Source: Candidatus Woesebacteria bacterium
GTDB taxonomy: Bacteria; Patescibacteriota; Microgenomatia; UBA8517
Length of the DNA: 64,000 bases
Reading direction: 5' to 3'
Assembly: GCA_016432365.1 (NCBI GenBank)
Contig: CP066686.1
Span: forward strand, 64,355-128,354
Under the pieces are notes generated by a model. That model had not been told where the DNA came from. It searched no databases and saw only the letters and a program-made list of their open reading frames with translations. This document shows, piece after piece, positions 29,166-39,192 of the stretch; positions within the stretch are counted from its first letter, which is position 1, and every line of letters starts with the position of its first letter. Made by a program: the position numbers and the translations under genes.

Positions 29166-30008
29166 ATGGATCCCCAAGTACCAATTGAAGATCAAATTCC
29201 AAATAAAAAATCTCAATTAACAAATGGCACAAACAACGTCACCGTAATAAGCATGGCTGTATTTGTATTGTTGGCTTTGGGGGCAGTCACATTTTTGTAT
29301 TATCAAAACCAACAATTAAAGAAAATGCTGGCAAATTACCAAACACCCATCGGCTCGCCGGAGCCAACGGCGAAGGCGGCAACGACAGATCCAACAGCAA
29401 GTTGGAAAACATATACGGCATCGGATGGGTCTTTTTTACTAAAATATCCAATAGATTGGAGTATTCCCAATGAAGAAAAGCTGCAAAATGTTCAACGAAT
29501 AAACTTTGATAATACATTAATTGTCACGTCCAGACCTGCTTTAACCCTTGATCAATACGTGGCTAAAAATTTACCTTTGGACAAAACTTTGCCTGTTGAC
29601 TACACAAATGGTGACATACATGGCAAAAAACTTATTTATAAAAGCGGGGTCGACCAATCTACAATTGATACAGTTATTGTTTTTCCCGGCAAAACGCAGA
29701 ATGTAATTACTTTTTCATATACCGACTTCCCTGGGCACATAACTAAATCAGAGGTTGTTGACCAAATTCTCTCCACTTTTAAGTTTTTAGAATCTCCAAC
29801 TGCAACCTGTGTTCCACTGCCCACCTGTGCATACAACACAGATCCAAACAAACCTACATGTAAAATAGCCGAAAAACCATCTACTGGAGGAGTTTGGTGC
29901 CAACCATCACCGTCGCCGAAATCGTGTACAGAAGAAGCGAAACTTTGTCCCGATGGAAGCTATGTTGGCAGAACCGGGCCAAACTGTGAATTTGCCCCGT
30001 GTCTTTAA
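29166..30008 (+). CDS. Membrane-anchored surface protein (PsbP-like domain, Cys-rich C-terminal modules)
   Basis: TM helix, WKTY.....F.LKYP..W, DQILSTFKF, CTEEAKLCPDGSYVGRTGPNCEFAPC; start MDPQ at 29166. Confidence 0.75.
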   Translation: MDPQVPIEDQIPNKKSQLTNGTNNVTVISMAVFVLLALGAVTFLYYQNQQLKKMLANYQTPIGSPEPTAKAATTDPTASWKTYTASDGSFLLKYPIDWSIPNEEKLQNVQRINFDNTLIVTSRPALTLDQYVAKNLPLDKTLPVDYTNGDIHGKKLIYKSGVDQSTIDTVIVFPGKTQNVITFSYTDFPGHITKSEVVDQILSTFKFLESPTATCVPLPTCAYNTDPNKPTCKIAEKPSTGGVWCQPSPSPKSCTEEAKLCPDGSYVGRTGPNCEFAPCL

Positions 30009-31000
30009 GAATTTTTTCGTACAATAACCTTTTTGACGGCTACGACAATATCTTCTGACTTCATATGATATTTCCTGAGTAACTCATCCGGCTCCCCGCT
30101 CTCGCCAAAATGATCAGGCATCCCGATAAACTCCTGAGGAGTCGGCAGATTCTTAGCCAAAAGCTCGGCAACGGCCCCACCCAAGCCACCAATAATTTGA
30201 TGTTCCTCAACTGTTACAACTGCCCCGGTCTTTTTGACTGAAGATATAATAGTCCGTTCGTCCAGGGGTTTAATTGTATGACAGTTAACAACTTCTACAT
30301 TAATTCCTGTTTTTTCAAGTTCCTGAGCTGCAATTAATGCTTCAAAAAGAAGCGATCCTGCTGCAATTATAGATACTTGTGGGTCTTTGGATATCCAAAA
30401 AACGTCCGCTTTTCCGATTTTGAAAGGAGTTGCCTCGGTTGTTATTACCACCGTTTTCTCCCGCGCGAGTCGAATATAAGTTGGCTTTCCGTTTGCAGCC
30501 GATGCGACAGTCGCTTTTTTGGCTTCGACAGAGTCACATGGGTAAACTACAATCATATTTGGCATTGCCCGCATCAAAGCAATATCTTCAAGCATCTGGT
30601 GGGTCGCTCCGTCAGGCCCAACAGTTAAACCGGCATGGGCACCGGCAATTTTAACCGGAACATCATTAAGAGCAATCGTTGTCCTTATCTGCTCCCAATT
30701 ACGCCCCGGGGAAAATGCTGCGTACGATGAGATAAAAGGAATTTTTCCGTAGTTGGCCATTCCGGCAGCTACCGTCGCCATTCCTTGCTCGGCAACCCCC
30801 ATCTCCACAAATCTTGATGGGAATTTTTCTTTAAAAAGATTAGACCTTGTAGACTCGGTCAGATCTGCACATAAAACAACAACATTCGGATCCTTCTCTC
30901 CGGCGATGACGAGTCCTTCTCCGTATCCCTGACGTGTCGGAATCTGTTCAACGTCTTTTTCAAAAATTTTCTCGGCTAGTTTCAGTGAACTTCTTAGCAT
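30005..31000 (-). CDS. Transketolase, C-terminal subunit
   Basis: ADLTES, GVAEQ, GPDGATHQ, TVEEH. Confidence 0.96.
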   Translation of the reverse strand: MLRSSLKLAEKIFEKDVEQIPTRQGYGEGLVIAGEKDPNVVVLCADLTESTRSNLFKEKFPSRFVEMGVAEQGMATVAAGMANYGKIPFISSYAAFSPGRNWEQIRTTIALNDVPVKIAGAHAGLTVGPDGATHQMLEDIALMRAMPNMIVVYPCDSVEAKKATVASAANGKPTYIRLAREKTVVITTEATPFKIGKADVFWISKDPQVSIIAAGSLLFEALIAAQELEKTGINVEVVNCHTIKPLDERTIISSVKKTGAVVTVEEHQIIGGLGGAVAELLAKNLPTPQEFIGMPDHFGESGEPDELLRKYHMKSEDIVVAVKKVIVRKNS

Positions 31001-31003
31001 TTG

Positions 31004-31672
31004 TTAATATTTCTCCCCTTCAAGATATCTTATAAAACTCTGGAACTTGCTTTTGTTACCTTCAGCTATTGCTCTGGCCTCTGTCTCTCCAAAACCCAAA
31101 CGATTTGGGCCTTTGTAAGGCGCAATATGTCCTAAATCTATAAGATATAGTTTACCTATCCCCGTTTGTCTGTCCGCAACTACCGCAAAAGAGTCGAAAG
31201 ATAGGTATACGTTGACAGAATTCGCAATTTTGTATATTTTTTCAACTTGTTCGATGTTTTCTGCTTTATTATTCAATTCAAATTCCCAGGGTATTTCTCC
31301 TGCCTCAATAAGTTTTGAATAATGTCTATCTATAATTACATTTTTGCCTCCCTGCGTCATATCTGTTGCTATCACCTTTTTACCATTTACTCGAACAGTT
31401 GGTGGAAGTGGAATATAATCAATTTCCCCATTTTCTTTTGCCTTCTGAAAGGCGTCGTATAGGATTTCGTAAACTTCCAACAGCCTGCCAGACTCTCTGG
31501 CATCTTTAACAAACATTTCGGACATATTTCTAGTTCTTCCCCCAATGCTAACCGAAACACTAGCTTCACCTTTCGAACCTTCTGTGCCTATACCAATATC
31601 CCTTTTTTGCATAACGGCCAACATATTACTCCTTCCACCTCTACCCTGGTATTGTTCAAAAACGTCATTCAT
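31004..31672 (-). CDS. Hypothetical protein between the transketolase halves (weak kinase-like LIDLG motif)
   Basis: 222-aa co-oriented ORF overlapping the upstream stop codon. Confidence 0.6.
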   Translation of the reverse strand: MNDVFEQYQGRGGRSNMLAVMQKRDIGIGTEGSKGEASVSVSIGGRTRNMSEMFVKDARESGRLLEVYEILYDAFQKAKENGEIDYIPLPPTVRVNGKKVIATDMTQGGKNVIIDRHYSKLIEAGEIPWEFELNNKAENIEQVEKIYKIANSVNVYLSFDSFAVVADRQTGIGKLYLIDLGHIAPYKGPNRLGFGETEARAIAEGNKSKFQSFIRYLEGEKY

Positions 31673-32540
31673 GTTCCGATCTTATTTTTCCTCCCAATGT
31701 TCGTAATTCATGTAGTGCTATCTTTGCCTGTTCTTCTTTTGGCGGCTCACCTGGAATATTTGTCCCAGGGGGGTTCCCGTGCCATTTATAATCCCCCTCC
31801 ATAAAATCCACTCCTTTTCCGGGAATGGTGTGGGCAATTATTACAGTCGGATTTTCAAATATGGCTTTGGCCTTACCTGTGGCGTCAATGATTTCCTGCA
31901 TATTGTGCCCATCAATTTCTATAACACTCCAGTTAAACGCCTTGTATTTTTCAACCATCGGTTCAAGAGGCATTATGTCTTCTGTATAGCCATCGATTTG
32001 AATATTATTACGATCGACTATCATGGTCAGGTTCGAAAGATTGTATTTAGCTGCAAACATTACCGCCTCCCAATGATTCCCCTCCTGGTGTTCGCCGTCG
32101 CTGGTTATGCAATACACTCTGAACTTTTGACCATCCATTTTGGCAGCATATGCATAACCGGCAGCCTGAGCCAATCCGCTCCCTAGTGGGCCCGAAGTTG
32201 TTTCCACTCCCGGAAGCCTTAATCTCTCCGGATGCCCCTGAAGCCTGCTCCCCAATTTTCGAAGAGTCATCAGTTCGCTAACAGGAAAATACCCGGCCTC
32301 AGCCATTGCAGCATAACGGACCGGACAAATGTGACCGTTAGAAAGCATCAATCTGTCTCGCTCTTCCCACATCGGATTATGCGGATCGTGATTTAAAATA
32401 TGAAAGTAAAGCGCCGTAAAAATATCAGCCATTCCCAAGGGCCCAGCCGCATGCCCGCTCCCTGCTTCTACAAGCATTTTAATAATGTCTTCTCTGATTG
32501 TATTCGCCTTTAGTTCAAGTTCTTTAATGTCCAATTTCAT
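31665..32540 (-). CDS. Transketolase, N-terminal subunit
   Basis: SGH, RDR..LSNGH, LQGHP, GPLG.G, SDGE..EG, D.N TPP motif. Confidence 0.96.
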   Translation of the reverse strand: MKLDIKELELKANTIREDIIKMLVEAGSGHAAGPLGMADIFTALYFHILNHDPHNPMWEERDRLMLSNGHICPVRYAAMAEAGYFPVSELMTLRKLGSRLQGHPERLRLPGVETTSGPLGSGLAQAAGYAYAAKMDGQKFRVYCITSDGEHQEGNHWEAVMFAAKYNLSNLTMIVDRNNIQIDGYTEDIMPLEPMVEKYKAFNWSVIEIDGHNMQEIIDATGKAKAIFENPTVIIAHTIPGKGVDFMEGDYKWHGNPPGTNIPGEPPKEEQAKIALHELRTLGGKIRSEHE

Positions 32541-32568
32541 AATATTACTAGAAGCTAGATACTAGTTG

Positions 32569-33201
32569 CTAGCTTCTTGATTTAATTTGGAACGGGCTTT
32601 CTTCGTTATTTGCACCCTCTTTTCTTTTCAACGCACCTTCAAAAACCTGAATTGCTGCATACGCTTCTTCTGGGGTGGAAACTACTCTAAAAACTTCAAG
32701 CTCTTCGGGTCTGGTTCTCATATTTTCCACAAAGGCTTTAATTATGTTGTTCCAAAATTCTCCGTATAGAATCAGGGGCTTGTGGTGGCCAAAATAAAGA
32801 CGGGCAAGTCCCCAAGCCATTCCAAATTCCGAAATTGTCCCTGTTCCGCCTCTGAATATCACATAGGCATCCCCCATTTCCAAAAGTTTGAGGGTCCTCT
32901 CCAAATAATTTTTTGTCTTTATTTCAATATCAAAAGGGTTGTTCTTATCTCTACCTTCATAATTGGCGACATCCTTAGGATAAAATGTAACTCCAACTGC
33001 TGTACCGTTAACAGCTTTTGCCCCTTCAGAAACGGCTCTCATTGTCCCGGGTCCTCCGCCGTTTATTGCTACATAGCCTTTACTCGTTAAATATTTTGCG
33101 CATTCATATGCTTCCTGAAACAATGGATCTCCAGGTTTTGCATCGGCAAAACCAAGATAAGAAATCTGTCTGATTTTTTTATCTAAAAAGTCTTGTGGCA
33201 T
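32569..33201 (-). CDS. LOG family protein
   Basis: GGGPGTM, ER, GGTGTISEF. Confidence 0.88.
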   Translation of the reverse strand: MPQDFLDKKIRQISYLGFADAKPGDPLFQEAYECAKYLTSKGYVAINGGGPGTMRAVSEGAKAVNGTAVGVTFYPKDVANYEGRDKNNPFDIEIKTKNYLERTLKLLEMGDAYVIFRGGTGTISEFGMAWGLARLYFGHHKPLILYGEFWNNIIKAFVENMRTRPEELEVFRVVSTPEEAYAAIQVFEGALKRKEGANNEESPFQIKSRS

Positions 33202-33211
33202 ATGTACTCTT

Positions 33212-33886
33212 CTACTCTAATTTATCCGCTGCTTCTGTAAATTTCTTAATATTTATTGCCAAGTCTCCGTCAAACAAGCGCTTACCGATTACAACTTCAT
33301 CTGCCCCTGCATAGTGTGTATCATCAATAACATCGACTGTTTCCCCTCCGTCAACACAAATTTTGAATGGTGTTCTGTCTCTAACCCTTATCGCGTCCAA
33401 CTCTTTAATCTTATCAAGGACATGTTTATCAAATTTCTGTCCGCCAAAACCGGCTTTAACAGCCATCAGAAGTATAACATCAACATTATTTAAAATAAGC
33501 GCGTTAAGTTCAGAGACTGGAGTTTCAAGATCTAGTGCTAAACCTATATAAAGGCCTGTTTCTTGCACCTTTTCCACAAACTCGACTTGATTTTGCATCA
33601 TTTCGATTTGACCTATTATTCGGTCAGCCCCGGCATTGGCGCATTTTTCAATCCAATTGACCGGCTCTTTGACCATTAAATGAAAGTCGATACCCAGGTC
33701 TGTGTCTAGTCCTACCAGATTTACCGGATCCACTGTTCGGTTATCCGCAAACACTCCGTCTATTACATCTATCTGAATTGTCCTAACAGTTATCCCTTCA
33801 ATATACGAAGCATCATTAATCCGTTTCACCTTGTCGTTAAGATCTGTAATATTATCAGTAAGAATTGCAGGAATAATATTTATCAC
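33212..33886 (-). CDS. rpe: Ribulose-phosphate 3-epimerase
   Basis: IDVIDG.F, DFHLMV, LM.V..GFGGQ, VDGG. Confidence 0.92.
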   Translation of the reverse strand: MINIIPAILTDNITDLNDKVKRINDASYIEGITVRTIQIDVIDGVFADNRTVDPVNLVGLDTDLGIDFHLMVKEPVNWIEKCANAGADRIIGQIEMMQNQVEFVEKVQETGLYIGLALDLETPVSELNALILNNVDVILLMAVKAGFGGQKFDKHVLDKIKELDAIRVRDRTPFKICVDGGETVDVIDDTHYAGADEVVIGKRLFDGDLAINIKKFTEAADKLE

Positions 33887-35013
33887 GTTTGTTCAGTTGG
33901 CCCGGCGAAGGATAGTGTAATCGGATCCGTTGGCACAGAGTTTCCCTCCAGGGTTCTTCCTACCCGTATCACTTGTTCTACAAGTCGGTTGGCATATCCC
34001 CACTCGTTGTCGTACCAGGCAAAAACTTTGACCATATTCCCCGCAACAACCTGCGTTAATGGTAAGTCCACTATAGCAGACTCGCTTCTGCCGATGATAT
34101 CGCTTGATACCAAAAATCCATCAGAAACAGCCAATATGCCTTTGTAGATGGGATTTCCTATAGCATCTTTGAAGGCTTGGTTTACCTCTTCTTTTGTAAC
34201 ATTTCGTTTTAAAAGAAATGTAAAGTCGGTTAATGAACCCGTTGTTGTCGGTACTCTTAAACTCATCCCGTCAAAGAGGCCCTTTAACTCGGGGATTGTT
34301 TCTGTTGTGGCAATTGCGGCACCGGTAGTTGTCGGAATAATATTTTGCGCGGCCGCTCTCGCCCGTCTTAAATCTTTGTGGCTGCTATCTTGCAAAACCT
34401 GATCGTCTGTATAACTATGGATTGTTGTCATCATCGCCTTTTCAATTCCAAATTTGGCCTGCATAACTGCAGCAACCGGCGCGACACAATTTGTAGTACA
34501 ACTGGCGTTACTTATTACCATTCCCTCCGGATCCTTCCCATCCACTTCATTAACACCAAGTACGTAAGTTCCAACGTTACCTCCTTTTGCAGGAGCAGAA
34601 ATAACAACCCGCTTTGCACCCCCAACTGCATGTTTTTTAGCCCCCTCCTCGTCGGTAAAATGTCCGGTGGCTTCAATCACCACCTCAACCCCGTATTTGC
34701 TCCACGGAATTTTTGTTGGATCCTTTTGAGCCAATACAGGAACCTTAACATTTCTTTCCGAAATCATTAAATTTCCAATCTGCGGTTCCCCATCCGTTGC
34801 TTGATCAGAAGCTTTTAGCTCTTCACTCTTAACTTTATATTGAAACTCCCTGTACATCGTATCGTAGTTCGTGAGGTGTGCCCAACTTGCCGTATTCATG
34901 CTCCCTGGAGTGTTAACTGCCCCAAACTCAATTTCATCGGAATGTTTGAGGATTCCAATTCTAAATGCAAGTCTTCCTATTCTACCGAAACCATTTATTC
35001 CAACTTTAATCAT
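33883..35013 (-). CDS. gap: Glyceraldehyde-3-phosphate dehydrogenase type I
   Basis: GINGFGRIGR, SNASCTTNC, WYDNEWGY. Confidence 0.98.
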   Translation of the reverse strand: MIKVGINGFGRIGRLAFRIGILKHSDEIEFGAVNTPGSMNTASWAHLTNYDTMYREFQYKVKSEELKASDQATDGEPQIGNLMISERNVKVPVLAQKDPTKIPWSKYGVEVVIEATGHFTDEEGAKKHAVGGAKRVVISAPAKGGNVGTYVLGVNEVDGKDPEGMVISNASCTTNCVAPVAAVMQAKFGIEKAMMTTIHSYTDDQVLQDSSHKDLRRARAAAQNIIPTTTGAAIATTETIPELKGLFDGMSLRVPTTTGSLTDFTFLLKRNVTKEEVNQAFKDAIGNPIYKGILAVSDGFLVSSDIIGRSESAIVDLPLTQVVAGNMVKVFAWYDNEWGYANRLVEQVIRVGRTLEGNSVPTDPITLSFAGPTEQT

Positions 35014-35065
35014 ATGGGCAGCTCGACATGAGCATTAAAACCATTATACAAGTATAATAGTAGCC

Positions 35066-35746
35066 ATGAAAGTATCTGTGATAATTCCAGCCTACAATGA
35101 GGAGAAATTCATAGGCAGATGCCTGGGAAGCGTTATTGGACAAAGTATGCCGGCAGACGAAATCGTAGTTATTGACAATAACTCAAAGGATAAAACAGTA
35201 GAAATAACAAAGAGGTTTCGTGTAAAAATTGTTAAGGAGAAAAAACAGGGTATGATTTTTGCCAGAAACAGAGGTTTTAATGAAGCAAAATATAATATTA
35301 TTGCCAGGTGTGATGCGGATGTGGTTGTCCCCCATGATTGGATAGAAAGAATAAAGAAAAATTTTAGTAAAAAAGACATAGATGCCCTCTCGGGTCCGGT
35401 TGCCTATACCGACTCCCCTCTAGTAACCAGTTCTCCTTTTCCTTCAAAGGTTTATTTGGAATCCCTCAGATTGCTTTCTAAGGGCAATAGATACTTAGTT
35501 GGAATGAACATGTCACTAACAAGAGACATATGGAAAAAGGTAAAACACTCTGTGAGCTTAGATGACTCTAAGGTCCATGAAGACCTAGATTTATCTCTTA
35601 ACATCGTTAAGGCTGGTGGAACCATAGGCTATGATTCAAAATTAATAGTAAGTAGCTCCGCAAGACGAATAATCGGCAAGCCTAAGTCTTTTTTTATAGA
35701 ATACCCGGCTCGTGTAATTAAAACTTTTTTACTTAACAATAAATAA
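35066..35746 (+). CDS. Glycosyltransferase family 2
   Basis: SVIIPAYNEE, DNNSKD, ARNRG, DAD, ED, SSARR. Confidence 0.93.
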   Translation: MKVSVIIPAYNEEKFIGRCLGSVIGQSMPADEIVVIDNNSKDKTVEITKRFRVKIVKEKKQGMIFARNRGFNEAKYNIIARCDADVVVPHDWIERIKKNFSKKDIDALSGPVAYTDSPLVTSSPFPSKVYLESLRLLSKGNRYLVGMNMSLTRDIWKKVKHSVSLDDSKVHEDLDLSLNIVKAGGTIGYDSKLIVSSSARRIIGKPKSFFIEYPARVIKTFLLNNK

Positions 35747-35769
35747 ATTTCTGTTGCTAAAATAATTTA

Positions 35770-36363
35770 ATGCCGATTGCCATCTGGTATGTTATCTGGT
35801 TTTTAATTTGGGGAATTTTTAATACCCGCTTCAACTGGAAAATTGCCAAAACAAAAAAGGAGAAATATTATCAAACTTCTTTTTTCTTTTTGTTAAGCTC
35901 GATAGCTGTCTATTTCATATTCGAAAATTTTCTATCAAAATCTATTGAGCCCATACTTTTAGGATTTATTATTACTGTTGGCTTGGGAATTTTCTTTTCA
36001 GACTATTATCCCTACTACAAACATATTAAAAATGGTAAATACTTTCTTGTTTCTTTGGCATTTGATATTTTATTGCAACAAGTGATGGTGGTTGCCGGTA
36101 TAAAAATACTGAACCAATATTTTGGTATGAATTACAACAACCTATATTTTGGGGTGATGTTTTCCGCCGGACATCTGCCTGTAATATTTTTGAAGTGGGC
36201 AAAATTAAGATATTTTTATTTGGTTCTTACCTTTTTGGGTGGTATCGGATTTAGTTTTCTAATCAATGAAATTGGAGGGGTGGGAATACTTATTTCTTTC
36301 TTGCTTCACTACAGTCTGTATATTCCTATGTTTTATTACCTGCAGGATGAAAGAAAAATTTAA
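35770..36363 (+). CDS. Multi-pass membrane protein (distant CPBP-like)
   Basis: Several TM segments; QQ, F..GH and H motifs shared with 42633-43238. Confidence 0.7.
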   Translation: MPIAIWYVIWFLIWGIFNTRFNWKIAKTKKEKYYQTSFFFLLSSIAVYFIFENFLSKSIEPILLGFIITVGLGIFFSDYYPYYKHIKNGKYFLVSLAFDILLQQVMVVAGIKILNQYFGMNYNNLYFGVMFSAGHLPVIFLKWAKLRYFYLVLTFLGGIGFSFLINEIGGVGILISFLLHYSLYIPMFYYLQDERKI

Positions 36364-37151
36364 ATTATTTTTATTCCTATCCTCTCCTTCCCCCAAAACC
36401 AGCCGTCGCGGGAGTTGAAATAAACAAACATTTTATTTCCTATCTTTTTACCATCACAAACATATATAAAGCTTTTTTTGAAACCCCGACCGGGATTAAT
36501 GAAATCTTTCCCATTCAAAAAAACTTTTGATCTACTCCGTCCTTTTTCATCTTTATACCATTTCGTTTCAAATATATTGTTTTCGACGACACGTAAAACA
36601 TGATGAATAGTTTCGTCTGGAGCATTTGTAACATTTCGATAATATCCATCAATAGTTTTTGATATCGCTTGTCCCGAATATTTTGGTTCAGAAAAAAAGC
36701 AATCCCAAAAATATTTTTGATTGGCATTGTAGTAAAGCCTAAAACCAGACTTCTCTTTGACCACACATGGATTGCAAACACTTGTCCCCTGCCATGACAG
36801 TGTTGGTTTTAGAATGGTTTTTGGTTTACTCCAATTGTTCAAATCTTTTGATGAGACAACCTGGAGTTCGGAAAAATAAATTGTCGTTAGAGGAATAATA
36901 AATTTTAGTTTTTCGTAAAAAAGATAATAAATATCTTTTTCTTTAAATATGAACGGGCGGATGGAAAACGCTTTTACGAATTTAAAGTTTTTCCAGTTTA
37001 CTCCGTCATCCGACATGTAATGATGCAATCCCCAAACAGAATGGGCAAAAAGGTGAAACCTACCGTCAAGAGAATTGTTTGGAGGGAAAAAGGTCGGATC
37101 GGCAACTATCGGCGACCCAAACGGTGGATCAATAACAACTTTTTCTACCAT
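36360..37151 (-). CDS. Five-bladed beta-propeller glycoside hydrolase-like protein (GH43/32-like)
   Basis: IVADPT, SDDGVNW Asp-box, SKDLNNW, NPCVV. Confidence 0.65.
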   Translation of the reverse strand: MVEKVVIDPPFGSPIVADPTFFPPNNSLDGRFHLFAHSVWGLHHYMSDDGVNWKNFKFVKAFSIRPFIFKEKDIYYLFYEKLKFIIPLTTIYFSELQVVSSKDLNNWSKPKTILKPTLSWQGTSVCNPCVVKEKSGFRLYYNANQKYFWDCFFSEPKYSGQAISKTIDGYYRNVTNAPDETIHHVLRVVENNIFETKWYKDEKGRSRSKVFLNGKDFINPGRGFKKSFIYVCDGKKIGNKMFVYFNSRDGWFWGKERIGIKII

Positions 37152-37157
37152 CGTCAG

Positions 37158-37994
37158 TTATTTATTATTTCTGTATGGGCGGGCGAACTTTCCACCAACC
37201 CTGTCATCAACTAAATATAATTCATCGGTATTTTCAATCTCTTTATCTATTACCGATATACTTCTTTTCAACGGACCATAAAAATTATCAGGAACACTCG
37301 AATGTAGGAACGTCAACACCGCTTGGGAAGAAGTACCGCCCCAACCTGGAAGGATATCGCCCAATGTTTTAAGTTCATCTTTCGAAAAAATCTCATTCAT
37401 GGTTGGAATTTTATATCTTCGGAAAAGAGTTTTTGGACGCATGTGTTTAGTTAAATCTCTAACTGCCAAATCTGTAGCCCCAACAAAAAAAAGTCCTAAA
37501 TTGTTTCTATTTATCGAATTACCGGGAAAGCTTTCGTTATTAATAAAGTGGTTCACTTGTGCACCACTGATTGTATGATCGTCGGGATAAACTACCTTTG
37601 TTCCATTTTTTACAAATTTGGAAAAAAGGTTATCTCTGCGATCGAAAACAGAAAGCGATGCCAACGGACTTAAATTTAACTGATCGGCTACCCACTTACC
37701 ACTTCTATCCTCTGGCCCATAAATCACTATAAATGGGTCATTTTCCACAAAATTTTTAATTTGCCCTTCCATTATCCCAAGAGAAGACTTAAAGTCCTCA
37801 GGGCCAACATACCTTATATTTTCTAATAGTTTTTCGAATAAACGATCCGCACCTTTTAAGTGCATGTGCTTTCTGTAAATATCAATTCTCTCCGGATCAA
37901 TAATCCCCGGCGGCAGATCAACCACTCTCGGAGGCAGTTCCACAGAAACACTGTCCCGCTTTTCCCGAAACATAAAATCAAATAATTTATCCAT
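37158..37994 (-). CDS. Phosphoribosyltransferase-like protein (PRTase-CE type)
   Basis: YPDDHTISGAQ PRPP-loop-like motif, SG.W, F.HSSVPDN. Confidence 0.55.
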   Translation of the reverse strand: MDKLFDFMFREKRDSVSVELPPRVVDLPPGIIDPERIDIYRKHMHLKGADRLFEKLLENIRYVGPEDFKSSLGIMEGQIKNFVENDPFIVIYGPEDRSGKWVADQLNLSPLASLSVFDRRDNLFSKFVKNGTKVVYPDDHTISGAQVNHFINNESFPGNSINRNNLGLFFVGATDLAVRDLTKHMRPKTLFRRYKIPTMNEIFSKDELKTLGDILPGWGGTSSQAVLTFLHSSVPDNFYGPLKRSISVIDKEIENTDELYLVDDRVGGKFARPYRNNK

Positions 37995-38043
37995 TCGTTA
38001 TTGAAATGTGTCAATTCCCGATAGGTTTTTTTTTGAAAGAAAT

Positions 38044-39192
38044 TCAAGCATCCGATTGTACAAACCCAAGCTTTTTAGCCAACGGTGGGATCATACTTGC
38101 CCAAAGCATTCCCGTTTCAGCACTATGTCCAAACCTACCTTCCAATGGTAAATGCCCGTCGGCTTCGAACAGTTCTATGTAGGTTTGGTGTTTTTCAATC
38201 CAATTTAGATATTGTGCAATGTGAATTCCAGCGTCTTTGGTATAGAATTTTGATTCCAAATCAATATATATCGGCCCCATCATAGTCCAAATACTGTCTC
38301 CTTGATAGTTTGGTGAAAATATTCTTGCTCCAATTTGTGTTTTCATCCATTTCGGTTTTGAAAAAGAATGGTATTTCAACGGAAATGGTTTGTCCAATTT
38401 TTCCTTTTTAATTGCATCAATTGAGGCCTTAGCCATTGTCTTATTTTTAACAATTCCTAAATAATAAGGGATTATATTAGCATCAGCAGACACTACGTCT
38501 CCTTCATTGTCCATCAAATCGTTCTTAAAATATTTTTTTTCTTTATTCCAAAATGAATTGATAAATGGCGTAACCAGATCGATGTTTTTAAATGGATTGT
38601 TTAGTTCTGGAAAGTCGTTTTTAAGGAGTTCTGACAGAAAAACCATAAATGAGTTAGCAACACACGTCTTAGTTCTCATAACAACGTCTTTAGGTGTAGA
38701 AAAGGGTTCATTTTTAATCAAATTTGTTTGGTGATCAAGCACTTTTTTATAATATATTTCTATCTGAGAATTAATAAATTTTTTATGCTTTTCTACTAAA
38801 TAACGTTGTTTTGTTTTTAAAAGGTCTGATAGCAAAAAGGGTAAGGAGTCGGCAGAAAAATGAAAGAGATCTACAACTTCACCCTCAGCGGTCACTGTTG
38901 TTGCAATTTTATCTTCTCTCGCAAAATTTTTTATTGCCCATTCTAGGGTTTCTTTTGCCTGTTTTTTGTATCCTAAATTAATCAGCCCATCTAAGCACAA
39001 TGAAAAATCTCTTATCCAAAACTGGTTGTTGTAAATAGTCTCACCTGCTTCAAAAAATGTTCCATTCCAGCGATCTTTGACAACTTGTTTACAAACTTGC
39101 TCACCGCCACCTTTGTGTTGTTTGTATTCTTTCTTTGATAAGTCTCTTTTTAAAACATGCCAACCCTCATTTATATAAAAATTGATATTCAT
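38044..39192 (-). CDS. Six-hairpin glycosidase-like protein
   Basis: FWIRD, YQGDSIW, Y.ELF, MLW typical of (alpha/alpha)6 glycosidases. Confidence 0.7.
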   Translation of the reverse strand: MNINFYINEGWHVLKRDLSKKEYKQHKGGGEQVCKQVVKDRWNGTFFEAGETIYNNQFWIRDFSLCLDGLINLGYKKQAKETLEWAIKNFAREDKIATTVTAEGEVVDLFHFSADSLPFLLSDLLKTKQRYLVEKHKKFINSQIEIYYKKVLDHQTNLIKNEPFSTPKDVVMRTKTCVANSFMVFLSELLKNDFPELNNPFKNIDLVTPFINSFWNKEKKYFKNDLMDNEGDVVSADANIIPYYLGIVKNKTMAKASIDAIKKEKLDKPFPLKYHSFSKPKWMKTQIGARIFSPNYQGDSIWTMMGPIYIDLESKFYTKDAGIHIAQYLNWIEKHQTYIELFEADGHLPLEGRFGHSAETGMLWASMIPPLAKKLGFVQSDA

